DNA from: Macrostomum lignano
Lineage: Eukaryota
DNA: 64,000 nucleotides
Direction: 5' to 3'
Assembly: GCA_002269645.1 (NCBI GenBank)
Contig: NIVC01000390.1
Coordinates: 186,001 to 250,000 of the forward strand
In this document: positions 10,928 to 23,600 of the stretch, piece by piece
How the letters are laid out: every line of letters starts with the position of its first letter
Numbering within the stretch: position 1 is the stretch's first letter
Notes under the pieces: model-generated
Database searches by the model: none
Told to the model about the DNA's origin: nothing
Seen by the model: only the letters and a program-made list of their open reading frames with translations
Program-made: the position numbers and the translations under genes

Positions 10928-13180
10928 TTATTGGCGAAATTGAGCCGTCAGTAGAGTGGCAGCTGGCTGCGCAGGAACCGCTTCATCCATGCCTGCTGAA
11001 CCGCGTGACCGCTGCTGCGACTTTGGTGGGACGAGCTGACGGCCAGCAATGACGATTCGCGGTGGCTCCCGTGAAGATGCCGCACCTCGACGTCGAGTCG
11101 CCGCGATTGAAGACATCGGTCTTGGGAACACCGAGTTGTGCACCGGCTGATGCCGTTTCGCCGTCTGATTCGGCGTTTCGCAACGAGCCGACAGCAGGTC
11201 GAACAGCTGACTGTGCGGCTCCGACTCCGCCGAGTCCGACGCCTCAGCTAAGCTGGCCGCCGACGCAGCCACCGAGGCAGCCTGGCGCTGCTTCCGCCGC
11301 AGCCAGCTCTGGTAGGCTTTCTGGGCGGCGCGCTGTCGTTCGTCAAGCGCCGTTTCAGCATTCAGCCGCTCCCGCTGCTCCCGGCGTCGCTGTTCGCCGT
11401 CCTGTTGGCGCTTCTGGCGCTCAACGCGCTTCTTATCTAGCAGCCAGGCGCGCACCTCAGCGGCCGCTTCGGACTCGCCTGGCGCAAGCCAGTGCTCTTC
11501 AACCTCGCTGAAGCCTCGTCGATGACGTCTCACCGATTCGCCGGCCGCGGCATTGTCGACGTCCTCCCGTCGCAGCTCGCGCAGTCTGGCCACGTAGCCC
11601 TGCCAGGACTGGCGCAGCTCCGCTGCACTTCTCTCGTAGGCCTGGCGGGCCTCTCTAAGCTGTCGGTCCCGACTGTCTGGACCGCCTGATTCTGCTCTGC
11701 CGCTGCGATGCCGCTGAATTACCCGACGCCGCCTTCTTGTTGGACTAGAATCGGCTTCCGTCTGATCTACCTGGGAATTCGCTTGGTATCCAACGGCCAT
11801 CTCGACAGACTCATCGGTGGGGCTCGGATCGCCTTGCTGAGACTCAACAGCTCCATCCTCATTTGTTGCAACATTATTATCTTTACTACACTTAGAATCT
11901 TCTGCGATGTGATCATCTCTATCTTCTTTTCCAGTCTCAATCTGCTGTTCTGCTGAATGCGATTGAAGTGCAGTGGCTCTGGGTGCACAACTGAAAAAGT
12001 TTTCCAGAAGCTGCAACTCTTTATCGTCTGTATCTTCAGTTTGGGATTTGCTTTTTTCAATTTCCTCGATCTGGCCAGAAAATCCGAAGCCATTGGCGAC
12101 TATCGCCGGCCCAGGGCTCTCCCCGTCGACTTCCGTTCCGATGGAAGCCAACCCTGCGTCCAATTCTTGCATCAGCTCTCTGGACTCGTCGATTTCACTG
12201 TCTTCATCTGATCCTTTGTTGATATGTGGTTCTTCCGTTATCTCGTTTTCATTGACTACAACCCCGTCCACTGAGTCTAGTGTCTCCATAATCTGCTGGA
12301 GCTCCTCACCTGCCGCTTGAGCAGTATCTTCTACCGTGTCTACTGACTCTTCGACCTGCTGGAGCTCTTCCCCTAACCTTGGAGCAGTATCTGTCTCCAC
12401 CGGCTCTGTGACCTGCAACTTCTCTTTTGCAATTTGAACAGTATCGTCTACTGCGTCCCACTCTGCAACATGCTGGAGCTCCTCTCTCGTATCTACTGGT
12501 TGATGCAGGGCTTCCGTTTCGGTGACATTGTGTTCGCCTTCATCAACTGTATCATCAAAGCACTTTGTTTCACTCGATTCGGTTAATGCATCAGCGTCAG
12601 TCTCTGAAACATTAGATTGCTCAGTATTGCTCTCCTGCGTTCTATTGAAAATCACTGCGGCATTCGGATTGCTAGAATCCTCTACAACTGCTCCTATTGA
12701 TGAATTTTCTGTTTCAATTTCGGCCGTAAATTTGCTGTTGTCTACTTCATCATTTTCGATTTCACCAGGGCAATTCGCCCAATCTTCACTATCAGTGTCC
12801 GCCTCGGAAGGCAGTAGATCTGTGCAACCGTCTACAGTTGAACTGGAATGCCTGGTTAGCTTTGAATGCCTTTCGCAGGCCGGCGCTGAGTGCCTGCTTG
12901 ACCTGTCACTTGGACTGCGTGCTCTATTGCTGCTTTTTTCAAAGTTGGCACTTTCGGAACTCGTGGATTTAAACGTGGTTGAGGTCAGGCTGCTTTCGCT
13001 GACGGAGCCGTCTGTTGCATTATTATGCGCCTCCTCGTTGGTACTATTAATCAACTGATTGACATCAGTGCCAACGCGGACAGTGTTTAGTTCACCCGAG
13101 ATTTCCTCGAAAGAAAGAATGTCACATGGCTGGCTCGAACGAGGAAGGCATGCAGCAAATAATTCCTCGTTATCGGACAT
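10928..13180 (-). CDS. Acidic low-complexity/coiled-coil protein, CCDC34/CCDC181/MAP9-like C-terminus (~750 aa, apparently one coding exon)
   Basis: Long uninterrupted ORF. The likely start is Met29 of the listed ORF (MSDNEELF, 13180), preceded by the acceptor-like tttcag|acacgATG. C-terminal motifs VRAWLLDKKR and QKAYQSWLRRKQ resemble the A(F/Y)xxWLxxK repeats of that family (recalled, not searched). Confidence 0.75.
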   Translation of the reverse strand: MSDNEELFAACLPRSSQPCDILSFEEISGELNTVRVGTDVNQLINSTNEEAHNNATDGSVSESSLTSTTFKSTSSESANFEKSSNRARSPSDRSSRHSAPACERHSKLTRHSSSTVDGCTDLLPSEADTDSEDWANCPGEIENDEVDNSKFTAEIETENSSIGAVVEDSSNPNAAVIFNRTQESNTEQSNVSETDADALTESSETKCFDDTVDEGEHNVTETEALHQPVDTREELQHVAEWDAVDDTVQIAKEKLQVTEPVETDTAPRLGEELQQVEESVDTVEDTAQAAGEELQQIMETLDSVDGVVVNENEITEEPHINKGSDEDSEIDESRELMQELDAGLASIGTEVDGESPGPAIVANGFGFSGQIEEIEKSKSQTEDTDDKELQLLENFFSCAPRATALQSHSAEQQIETGKEDRDDHIAEDSKCSKDNNVATNEDGAVESQQGDPSPTDESVEMAVGYQANSQVDQTEADSSPTRRRRRVIQRHRSGRAESGGPDSRDRQLREARQAYERSAAELRQSWQGYVARLRELRREDVDNAAAGESVRRHRRGFSEVEEHWLAPGESEAAAEVRAWLLDKKRVERQKRQQDGEQRRREQRERLNAETALDERQRAAQKAYQSWLRRKQRQAASVAASAASLAEASDSAESEPHSQLFDLLSARCETPNQTAKRHQPVHNSVFPRPMSSIAATRRRGAASSREPPRIVIAGRQLVPPKSQQRSRGSAGMDEAVPAQPAATLLTAQFRQ

Positions 13181-14603
13181 CGTGTCTGAAATATTGCTCA
13201 CAGAACTTAGTAACAGGATTGATACAATCATCCAGTGTAGCAATTCAATTGTGTAAAAATGCATTGTATAAGCAACTATGAGGAGTAAATTTACAATTCA
13301 AATGTTTTAATGAATTTATTTCTACTATTACTAAGTATGATAAAGTCTGGATAAATTCCAAAAAGTCCAGAATCAAATACAATAAAAAATGTAACTATTG
13401 TATGCAACTTATTGTCAAAAAAGATAAAATCACTAATAAGTTATGAATTATTTTAGAGAGCAAGCCTGTTTCCAATATAAAATATTCCTTTATAGACAGT
13501 TATCAGAATATTTAAAAGTTCTAAAATTACACTAAGAGCATCAAACAAGTGAAGTAATATCAGAAATATTAAGCAGGTCTCAATAAAAGTGATCGGGACA
13601 AACAATGCTCAGTGCATTATGTTTTATCTCGACTCTAGATTAAGAGTAACACATGTGATATACTAGTTTCAGATTAGGCGTCGAAAAAATTTGGTTTCAT
13701 CCGGCGAATTCGAGGATTTTGAATTAGAAGTGAGATACAAATAAATGGCTGGACATGAAACCCTATTTTTATAATTTCCTTCACAACGAAAAATGAGTAC
13801 TCGATGACAAAGGGTTCCGGTGCCGGAAATCTACAGTCTAGCCATTGCCGAAACGAAAAGTCGACTAGAGACTCTGCAGACTCATTCCTCAAAGTTATTT
13901 AAATTAGGGCTCAGATTGATTAAAAATCTTGAAATTAACTCAAAAATAACGATTAATAGTAAATATCTACATAATTCTAGTATAATCTTACACAGAGGGC
14001 AGGTTACTTCACTTGATATAATTCTAATCACGAGTAATGAGTATCGATATATCTAACCGATGGCATTAAATTGTCTCATACAAAATCATTTTGAATTTGT
14101 GTATCGCTACTGTAAGCATCTGAAAAGTAAAGCAAAAACAAAAACATTGCGTTGTCTTGTAACAATTGTGTCTTACTTGCTTTTTTGATTAAAAAAAACT
14201 TGTGTAAAGCATTAGACTAAAGTGTAATGTACTTATATTAAAATAGATAACATCTTCACGTGGTGTCAAAATATTCAAATGAGCAGCAGGCCCCGTAATT
14301 TTAAAAAATTCGCAGAGATAAGATGATGCCGGGCATTGCCTGTCACTGTATCGTTTACGCATTATATTTAAATGAATGAATAGAACATACCTAAACCAAA
14401 TATTTTATTAAGATTTTGCAATCCCGACTTGCACTATTTGTGTTAGATCTACTCGAATTGTTTGACTTTAAATACAATCTTTGTGTTGGCTTTGTTGTGT
14501 TGGCACTTCCTTTCCACCTGACTTCAGTAGGCCTGGAGGTCACTTGCTGTACAACTACGCCCCTATTTCAAACACTAATAATTTGTATTATTGAAAAAAA
14601 GTT

Positions 14604-17600
14604 ATGGACTGCAATCCTGAGCAGATTTTTGCCTACTTAGATACTATCTATTCTGCTCCAAACAATCAGCTTCGAGTTGAAGCCTATGAAGTAAGTCAGT
14701 AGGGACGTGGGGTTTTTTGCTTTCAGGGTCATATCACATTAGCAAAAAATGTGCAAATTTTCAGTCTTATTGTTTATTTACCAGATGCAACCTATCAAGC
14801 TATTGTATCAAGATCCAAGGTATCTATTAAATGTACTTAATACTTGTTATAGATTAAGATTAGCCTATGACCTATGTTTTGTCTATTCCCATGCCGTAGC
14901 CCATAAGGGCCTAGTCAGGATCATGGCACATGTGCCCCAGAATATATTAAAGATTTAAAAAAGCACATGGTGCCATATCCAATTAATATAGATAGCTCAA
15001 TTCTGCAACTTGTCTTTTGGCCAAGAACTGTCTCAATATCTCGATGTCTTGTCCAATTGCAGCTATTTCTAATTGTCAATGAGGAATTTTGGCACCATCT
15101 TTAATGCTTTCTTGTGCCCATTCAACCCAGAATATCTTATGTCTTATGTTATTAATATACCTTTGCATAAGATATAGCATCATATTGTTATTGATATACT
15201 TTGCAAAGTAGCTAAAGGCATTCTGATAGTTTCTTGTTGAGTTTCCTAAATCTTAATGTTGATTGGTTGCTCATTTTTCATTCTGTGACATAGTAATATG
15301 ATAGCTATAATGAAAAATCATTGAAAAATATGAAAAATAAAGCACTTTGACACAATATTGCTTCCTATAAAAGCTAAGAAGCTGAGCTTCAAGAAGACAC
15401 CAATTAATTTTAGTAAAAGCTCATTTTTTTTAAATAGCAATTCTTATTACTTTTAAGCTACATCTTATAATCTTATCTAGCAATTTGCCATTAATAATTG
15501 CAACAAATTTAAATTGCAGATATTGTAATCCCTATTATCTAAGTAGGCTAAGGTATATTAAATACACTACGCCTTTTTTGTCTTCTTTACAAACCAAGAA
15601 ATAAATAATTGCTTAAATAAACCAATAAATTATTTGCTTGATTGTGTTAAGATCTATTTTCTTGGCTGCTACCAGCTTTTTCACAATTGCTTGGACTTGT
15701 TTAGCTATGTCTATATATAAAAAGTTTATACCTTCAAATCAAAAATATATACTGTAACAAAATCATAAAAAATCAAATATACAAGCTCGTAGTATCCCTT
15801 TAAATAAGAATCAAAACTATCAGTATCACTGCTAAATTAAATTATTAAATTATTAAAATAAAATTATTAAAATATCAATAATTTTGTTAATATTAGATTA
15901 ACTATGCCAACTCATCTTCCTTACTTTTCAATAGTCAACTTGTCTACTAGCATACTAGCAGATAAGTTGTTAGAAAACAAAGTGACTGCAATCTTTCTTG
16001 CCCTGCCCCTACCTTGCTCTGTCCCAACCTGCCCTAACCTGCCTTTGCCTTGCCCTACTTTGCTTTACCCCAGTTTCCTAGGCTAAATTTGCCTTAAATT
16101 TTCTATGAAAAGCCATTTTCTAGACTGTGAGTCTATTTGAACATAATACTAACTTAATATATATAGGGCCTAGTAGCTCATAAACAAAATATTTATATAC
16201 ACTATAGACAAGTATATTTAGGTGACTCCAAAATTAGAGTATTGCTATTAAGTCCATTGTTTTTGTTTTAAAGCTAGGCCCTAACAAGAAAAAATGTTAT
16301 TGGGATATTGAATTTTATCCTAGACCTCATTCATTGTTGTTAAAAAGGTATGTAGTCATTTTATCTGCCACCTTTTCATTTGTCATTATTATTAAGAAAT
16401 AAGTCACTTCCCTTATTATTATCTCAAATATAATGATACTGATAAAGATAGACGTAGAGAGAATATAGATAATTCTTTTAAATATTTTATACAAATTAAT
16501 AGGCCTAGTCCTTGATTAATACTAATATTGTATTTAATATTGTACAGTAAACAAAATAGATGATAGGAGACAAAAGAGTGGCAGACAAACTAGCAACCAA
16601 CAAAACAACTATCAACTGTTAACAAAAGTTGTAACAAGGCTCAATCCTTTTATCTTATAAAAGACATCCAATATCTTAAATTAAATAGAACCTATCAATG
16701 AAAAAACAAGATGCCAATTTAGTCTCTAGGATTTAGATTCAAGATGCTTTAATCAGTATTGATATTCTTTGATATATGACGTAAAGTATATCAATAATGT
16801 AATCCCCATCAACTTTTAAAACTGACAATGGCTCTCAGCGAATTGAAGCGTTTCTACAGCAGCTGCAATCAGTGCAACAGCTGGCCAGTGTGCTGTCTGC
16901 CTGCCAATCTGATGTGCAGCGCAACTTTGGCCTTCACTGCCTCCAGTGCTTCCTGCGCAATATTTGGAATTGCACCACCCTAGAGGACAAACACCAGTTC
17001 AAGACTATGGTGTTCAGTCTGGTAGCGAATCCCGATTGGACCAAGCATGAGTCGCTATGCAAAGTTATTGTTGAACTGGTCAAGCGCGAGTGGCCGCAGC
17101 ATTGGCCCGCCTTTGTGCCCGAGATGCAGGAGCTTAGTGTAAGTTCTAGCTTTTAATTTCTTATCGGATGCTCGTATCTTTTATTTTTTATTAGAGGGGC
17201 TACCCAGGCGTGTGCACCTGGGCGCACTTTAGGCAAAATTGTCGCACAACCGGCGAGAGGCATTACTGCCCATTCCGCCGACTACCCTGAGCAGGTACAC
17301 ACTCACACAGGAGTGTACAGCAGCCCTAACTTTATTTATCATTCGGCAATGCACATTTCACTGTGCCTTGGGGGTTGGCTCTGAATGGTGTTAAAAGCCG
17401 AGATTCCAATTCAGTCCCAAATAAATGTGAACACTTGGAATCGAGTCTGGGCTGCTGGCCCATAAGAGATCCTTTGCTTTCTGGACATTGAATTTCAATT
17501 CGGAATTTTTCTCATTCAGAAGCAGAACGTCGCGCCTGTCCTATCTGTGTTCTTGCGCCTATCCGAAGACGTGTTTGAATTTCAAAATGTGCCGCAACAA

Positions 17601-20600
17601 CGACGCAAAGACATCATGGCCGGATTGAATGAAAATGTCGACGCAATCTTCGGAATTGTGTACAATTGCCTAGTGACCAATGTGCAGGCCTACGTTGCTA
17701 TGGTGAGGCTTAATTAAGAAATTTTACTGGCTATAAAACTTGGCCCTCGGGTCCTTGGACACTAGAATGGCAATCCGGCCCGCTTAAGGTTTGTCTCTTC
17801 TCAGTTATCTCCTCTACTGCTCTCCTCTCCTCTATTCTCTCCTCTTTCCCCCTCTCCTCTCCTCTCCTCTCCTCTCCTCTTCCCCTCTCCTCTCCTCTTC
17901 TCTCTCCTCTCATTTTATCACCTTTTTTCTCACTCATCTCTTCTCTCATAGCCTCTCTCATCTCGCCTCTCACCTCACCTCTCTTCTGCCATCTGTCATC
18001 TCATCTTTCTTTCTTCTCTCCGACATTCCCTCTCATTTCCACTCTCATCTGGCCCGCAGCCATGAGCTGGATTCTTTATCTGGCCCTTGAGGTAAAAAGT
18101 TTGCCGACCCATGATTTAAATTATATTTTTAGATTTAAATTTCGTTTCTCTCTCCCATATGAACTATATGGACTACTCAAAGTAGGCACTTATCTCGTCT
18201 GAATTTTTCTACTGATAACACTGACGCACTGATCTGATCTAATAGAAAATTTATAATTGCCTGCACATTATGCTACTACTAGTAAAAACTAAGGGAGAAT
18301 ACCGATAATCTGGACAGTAATTCTCAAGCTTCTCCTCCTCTACTCAGGCTGGGCAGGGTTGCGCCGACCCAGCCGCCGCCGGCGCCACCCTCCGCCTGTG
18401 CAAACTGGCGCTGGCCACTCTGACCGCCTTTATGGAATGGGTGAAAACCGACTATCTGATGCAGGAGGACGCTTTATTAATTAGGATGCTTGTGCAGCTG
18501 CTGCCTCTGCCGCATGTCTGCTACGATTCTAGCGAGGCTGTACTGCTGTTCTTTGAGCAGAAGGTGAGACAGTGGGTCTATGTATTAACTATTGTCATTT
18601 GATCAAAACAGTGAAAATAATTAACTCCTAGTGCCTTCTTATCAATCCTTAGGTAAAAACTCTGGAGTCAAATACCTATGTTGAACTGGTAACCAACACA
18701 AATATTCTGCAAGCGGTTGCGGGCTGCCTTGCGTAAGTCATATTCTTAATTTTTAAATCATCGAATGGTGACTTTAATGGGTAACGGCCACCCCTCACTG
18801 TGATGCCTCAGAGGGTCACTGTCACCCCTCACTATCGTATCTCAGAGGGTCACTGTCACCCCTCACTCTGTTGCCTCAGTGGGTCACTGTCACCCCTCAC
18901 TCTGTTGCCTCAGTGGGTCACTGTCACCCCTCACTCTGTTGCCTCAGTGGGTCACTGTCACCCCTCACTCTGTTGCCTTAGTGGGTCACTGTCACCCCTC
19001 ACTCTGTTGCCTTAGTGGGTCACTGTCACCCTTCACTCTGTTGCCTCAGTGGGTCACTGTCACCCCTCACTCTGTTGCCTTAGTGGGTCACTGTCACCCC
19101 TCACTCTGTTGCCTTAGTGGGTCACTGTCACCCCTCACTCTGTTGCCTTAGTGGGTCACTGTCACCCCTCACTCTGTTGCCTCAGTGGGTCACTGTCACC
19201 CCTCACTCTGTTGCCTCAGTGGGTCACTGTCACCCCTCACTCTGTTGCCTCAGTGGGTCACTGTCACCCCTCACTCTGTTGCCTCAGTGGGTCACTGTCA
19301 GCCCTCACTGTAATGCCTCAGTAGAAATTCAGACAGAAGCAAGAGGAAATGCCTGTTTGATCCTTGATCCAATTTGCTCGAATGCAACCCGCAGCCAGCT
19401 GCAGAAGCAAGACACTGTAAGCAATTTCGAGGATAACTTCTCGCAGCGACTCTGCCAAATCGTCTGCTGCATCGGACAGCATCTGGTTTCTAAACTAATC
19501 ACCAATTCTGTATGTGTACCTAAACTGTTAATAAATAAAAAGTTATAGTGTATCAAATTTGATTTATTTTATCTTTCAACTGCAGAACATTGTTCCAGCA
19601 ATTTTCGACCCAATAATGGAACTGTTAGTCTACTTGATCAACTATCCTTCAAAGGTAAACACTGGGAATTAACATTTCAGTAGATCTGGTGTCTAGATCT
19701 ATATACAAATTTCAGTAGATCTGATGTCTAGATCTATATACAGATTTCAGTAGATCTGGTGTCTAGATCTATATACAGATTGCAGTAGATCTGGTGTCTA
19801 GATCTATATACAGATTGCAGTAGATCTGGTGTCTAGATGTATTTAAAGATTTCAGTAGATCTGGTGTCTAGATCAATATACAGATTGCAGTAGATCTGGT
19901 GTCTAGATCAATATACAGATTGCAGTAGATTTTGTGTCTAGATGTATTTAAAGATTTCAGTAGATCTGGTGTCTAGATCAATATACAGATTGCAGTAGAT
20001 CTGGTGTCTAGATCAATATACAGATTGCAGTAGATTTTGTGTCTAGATGTATTTAAAGATTTCAGTAGATCTGGTGTCTAGATCAATATACAGATTGCAG
20101 TAGATCTGGTGTCTAGATCTATATACAGATTGCAGTAGATCTGGTGTCTAGATGTATTTACAGATTTAAGTAGATTTTGTGTCTAGATCAATATACAGAT
20201 TGCAGTAGATCTGGTGTCTAGATCTATATACAGATTGCAGTAGATCTGGTGTCTAGATCTATATACAGATTGCAGTAGATCTGGTGTCTAGATGTATTTA
20301 AAGATTTCAGTAGATCTGGTGTCTAGATCAATATACAGATTGCAGTAGATCTGGTGTCTAGATCAATATACAGATTGCAGTAGATTTTGTGTCTAGATGT
20401 ATTTAAAGATTTCAGTAGATCTGGTGTCTAGATCAATATACAGATTGCAGTAGATCTGGTGTCTAGATCAATATACAGATTGCAGTAGATTTTGTGTCTA
20501 GATGTATTTAAAGATTTCAGTAGATCTGGTGTCTAGATCAATATACAGATTGCAGTAGATCTGGTGTCTAGATCAATATACAGATTGCAGTAGATTTTGT

Positions 20601-23600
20601 GTCTAGATGTATTTAAAGATTTCAGTAGATCTGGTGTCTAGATCAATATACAGATTGCAGTAGATCTGGTGTCTAGATCTATATACAGATTGCAGTAGAT
20701 CTGGTGTCTAGATGTATTTACAGATTTAAGTAGATTTTGTGTCTAGATCAATATACAGATTGCAGTAGATCTGGTGTCTAGATCTATATACAGATTGCAG
20801 TAGATCTGGTGTCTAGATCTATATACAGATTGCAGTAGATCTGATGTCTAGATCTATATACAGATTTCAGTAGATCTGGTGTCTAGATCTATATACAGAT
20901 TGCAGTAGATCTGGTGTCTAGATCTATATACAGATTGCAGTAGATCTGGTGTCTAGATGTATTTAAAGATTTCAGTAGATCTGGTGTCTAGATCAATATA
21001 CAGATTGCAGTAGATCTGGTGTCTAGATCAATATACAGATTGCAGTAGATTTTGTGTCTAGATGTATTTAAAGATTTCAGTAGATCTGGTGTCTAGATCA
21101 ATATACAGATTGCAGTAGATCTGGTGTCTAGATCAATATACAGATTGCAGTAGATTTTGTGTCTAGATGTATTTAAAGATTTCAGTAGATCTGGTGTCTA
21201 GATCAATATACAGATTGCAGTAGATCTGGTGTCTAGATCAATATACAGATTGCAGTAGATTTTGTGTCTAGATGTATTTAAAGATTTCAGTAGATCTGGT
21301 GTCTAGATCAATATACAGATTGCAGTAGATCTGGTGTCTAGATCAATATACAGATTGCAGTAGATTTTGTGTCTAGATGTATTTAAAGATTTCAGTAGAT
21401 CTGGTGTCTAGATCAATATACAGATTGCAGTAGATCTGGTGTCTAGATCAATATACAGATTGCAGTAGATTTTGTGTCTAGATGTATTTAAAGATTTCAG
21501 TAGATCTGGTGTCTAGATCAATATACAGATTGCAGTAGATCTGGTGTCTAGATCTATATACAGATTGCAGTAGATCTGGTGTCTAGATGTATTTACAGAT
21601 TTAAGTAGATTTTGTGTCTAGATCAATATACAGATTGCAGTAGATCTGGTGTCTAGATCTATATACAGATTGCAGTAGATCTGGTGTCTAGATCTATATA
21701 CAGATTGCAGTAGATCTGGTGTCTAGATCTATATACAGATTGCAGTAGATCTCGTGTCTAGACCTATATACAGATTGCAGTAGATCCGGTGTCTAGATCT
21801 ATATACAGATTGCAGTAGATCTGGTGTCTAGATCTATATACAGATTGCAGTAGATCTGGTGTCTAGATCTATATACAGATTGCAGTAGATCTGGTGTCTA
21901 GATGTATTTACAGATTTCAGTAGATTTTGTGTCTAGATCAATATACAGATTGCAGTAGATCTGGTGTCTAGATGTATTTACAGATTTCAGTAGATTTTGT
22001 GTCTAGATCAATATACAGATTGCAGTAGATCTGGTGTCTAGATCTATATACAGATTTCAGTAGATCTGGTGTCTAGATCTATATACAGATTTCAGTAGAT
22101 TTTGTGTCTAGATCTATATACAGATTTCAGTAGATTTTGTGTCTAGATCAATACGATTCCATGAAAGAGTGGACAGATAGACCCTCAATAATTGCACTTG
22201 TTTCTTCTCAGCCGATCGTGTTCAATGCGCTAAAACTGCTACTGTCAGTAGTGAAAAACGAGCACGTGCTCAGCCTAGTTGAACCAAGCCTGCCAGCCCT
22301 ACTAGACGGCTGCCGGCTGGCCCAGCTTCGTAACGGCCTGCCATCAGAGACCGGGCACGCCTGCAGCGGCTACAGTCAGGTGCAATTCGACAGCGACGAT
22401 GACTACGCGCTGTTCTTTGCCACTCTGCGCTCCGAGGCCTGTCTGGCGCTTCAGGCTATTACTCAGGTGAGACTGCTTCGGACACTGCCTGATTGGGTGG
22501 AGCTAATGCCTCAAGATTGGGTTGAGCTAATGCCTCAAGATTGGGTTGAGCTAATGCCTCAAGATTGGGTTGAGCTAATGCCTCAAGATTGGGTTGAGCT
22601 AATGCCTCAAGATTGGGTTGAGCTAATGCCTCAAGATTGGGTTGAGCGATTGACCCAAGATTGGGTGGAGCTACTGGCCCAAGATTGGGTTGAGCTAATG
22701 CCTCAAGATTGGGTTGAGCGATTGACCCAAGATTGGGTGGAGCTACTGGCCCAAGATTGGGTGGAGCTAATGAGTTAAGATTAAGTGGAGCTAATGACCC
22801 AAGATTGGGTGGAGCTAATGAGTTAAGATTAAGTGGAGCTAATGACCCAAGATTAAGTGGAGCTAATGACCCAAGATTGGGTGGAGCTAATGACCCAAGA
22901 TTGGGTGGAGCTAATGACCAGGTACCTATTTGATAATCTTGGCTACAATCTATCATCTATCATAATGTGAACGCCATCACTTCAAAATAACGCATCAGGC
23001 CTGGCCAGTAGCCGTGGCCACCCACCTGCTTGAGACGCTGTCCAAGGACACGGCCGCCTTATCCAATCAGGATCCGGCTGCTCCTCTAGCCGCTCGCAGT
23101 CCTATTGTAGTGCATTGGGACGGCCTAGCCAATCACTGCGAAGCGGTTCTGGCTCGCCTACCGACTTGTCTAGACTCTGGCGGAGTCGATCCCGCGTCCT
23201 CCGATCGTGTGCGCGACGGAGCAAAAGCGGCCACGGATGCTCTGTTGAATGCGGCGCCTGTCTGTCAGCCGCAGTTGCGCACCTGCCTGCTGACTGCGCT
23301 AACCGCATTCCTGCCATTTCTAGCCTCGGATAGGGGACTCACTCTGCGGGCGGTTCAGTGCGTGTTCAACACTCTGCGGGACACGCCGGGTGAGTGACGC
23401 TGCTGTTGGAGCCGGTTGGTTCCGGCCCATTCACCCTTGCTTGAACTGTGGATTTAGTAGATTTGGCCTTTTTCTACTGTTGAAAGGGCTGAGGGGTTGG
23501 GAATCCACTGAGGGCTTGGGAATCCACTGAAAGGTTGGGAATCCACTGATTGGTTGGGAATCCACTGATTGGTTGGGAATCCACTGAGGGGTTGGGAATC

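Noticed and set aside
10928-13264. Signal-peptide-like N-terminus MHFYTIELLHWMIVSILLLSS of the 778-aa ORF
   Set aside because: Lies upstream of a good splice acceptor (13186) in AT-rich sequence; probably intron/outron read-through rather than coding.
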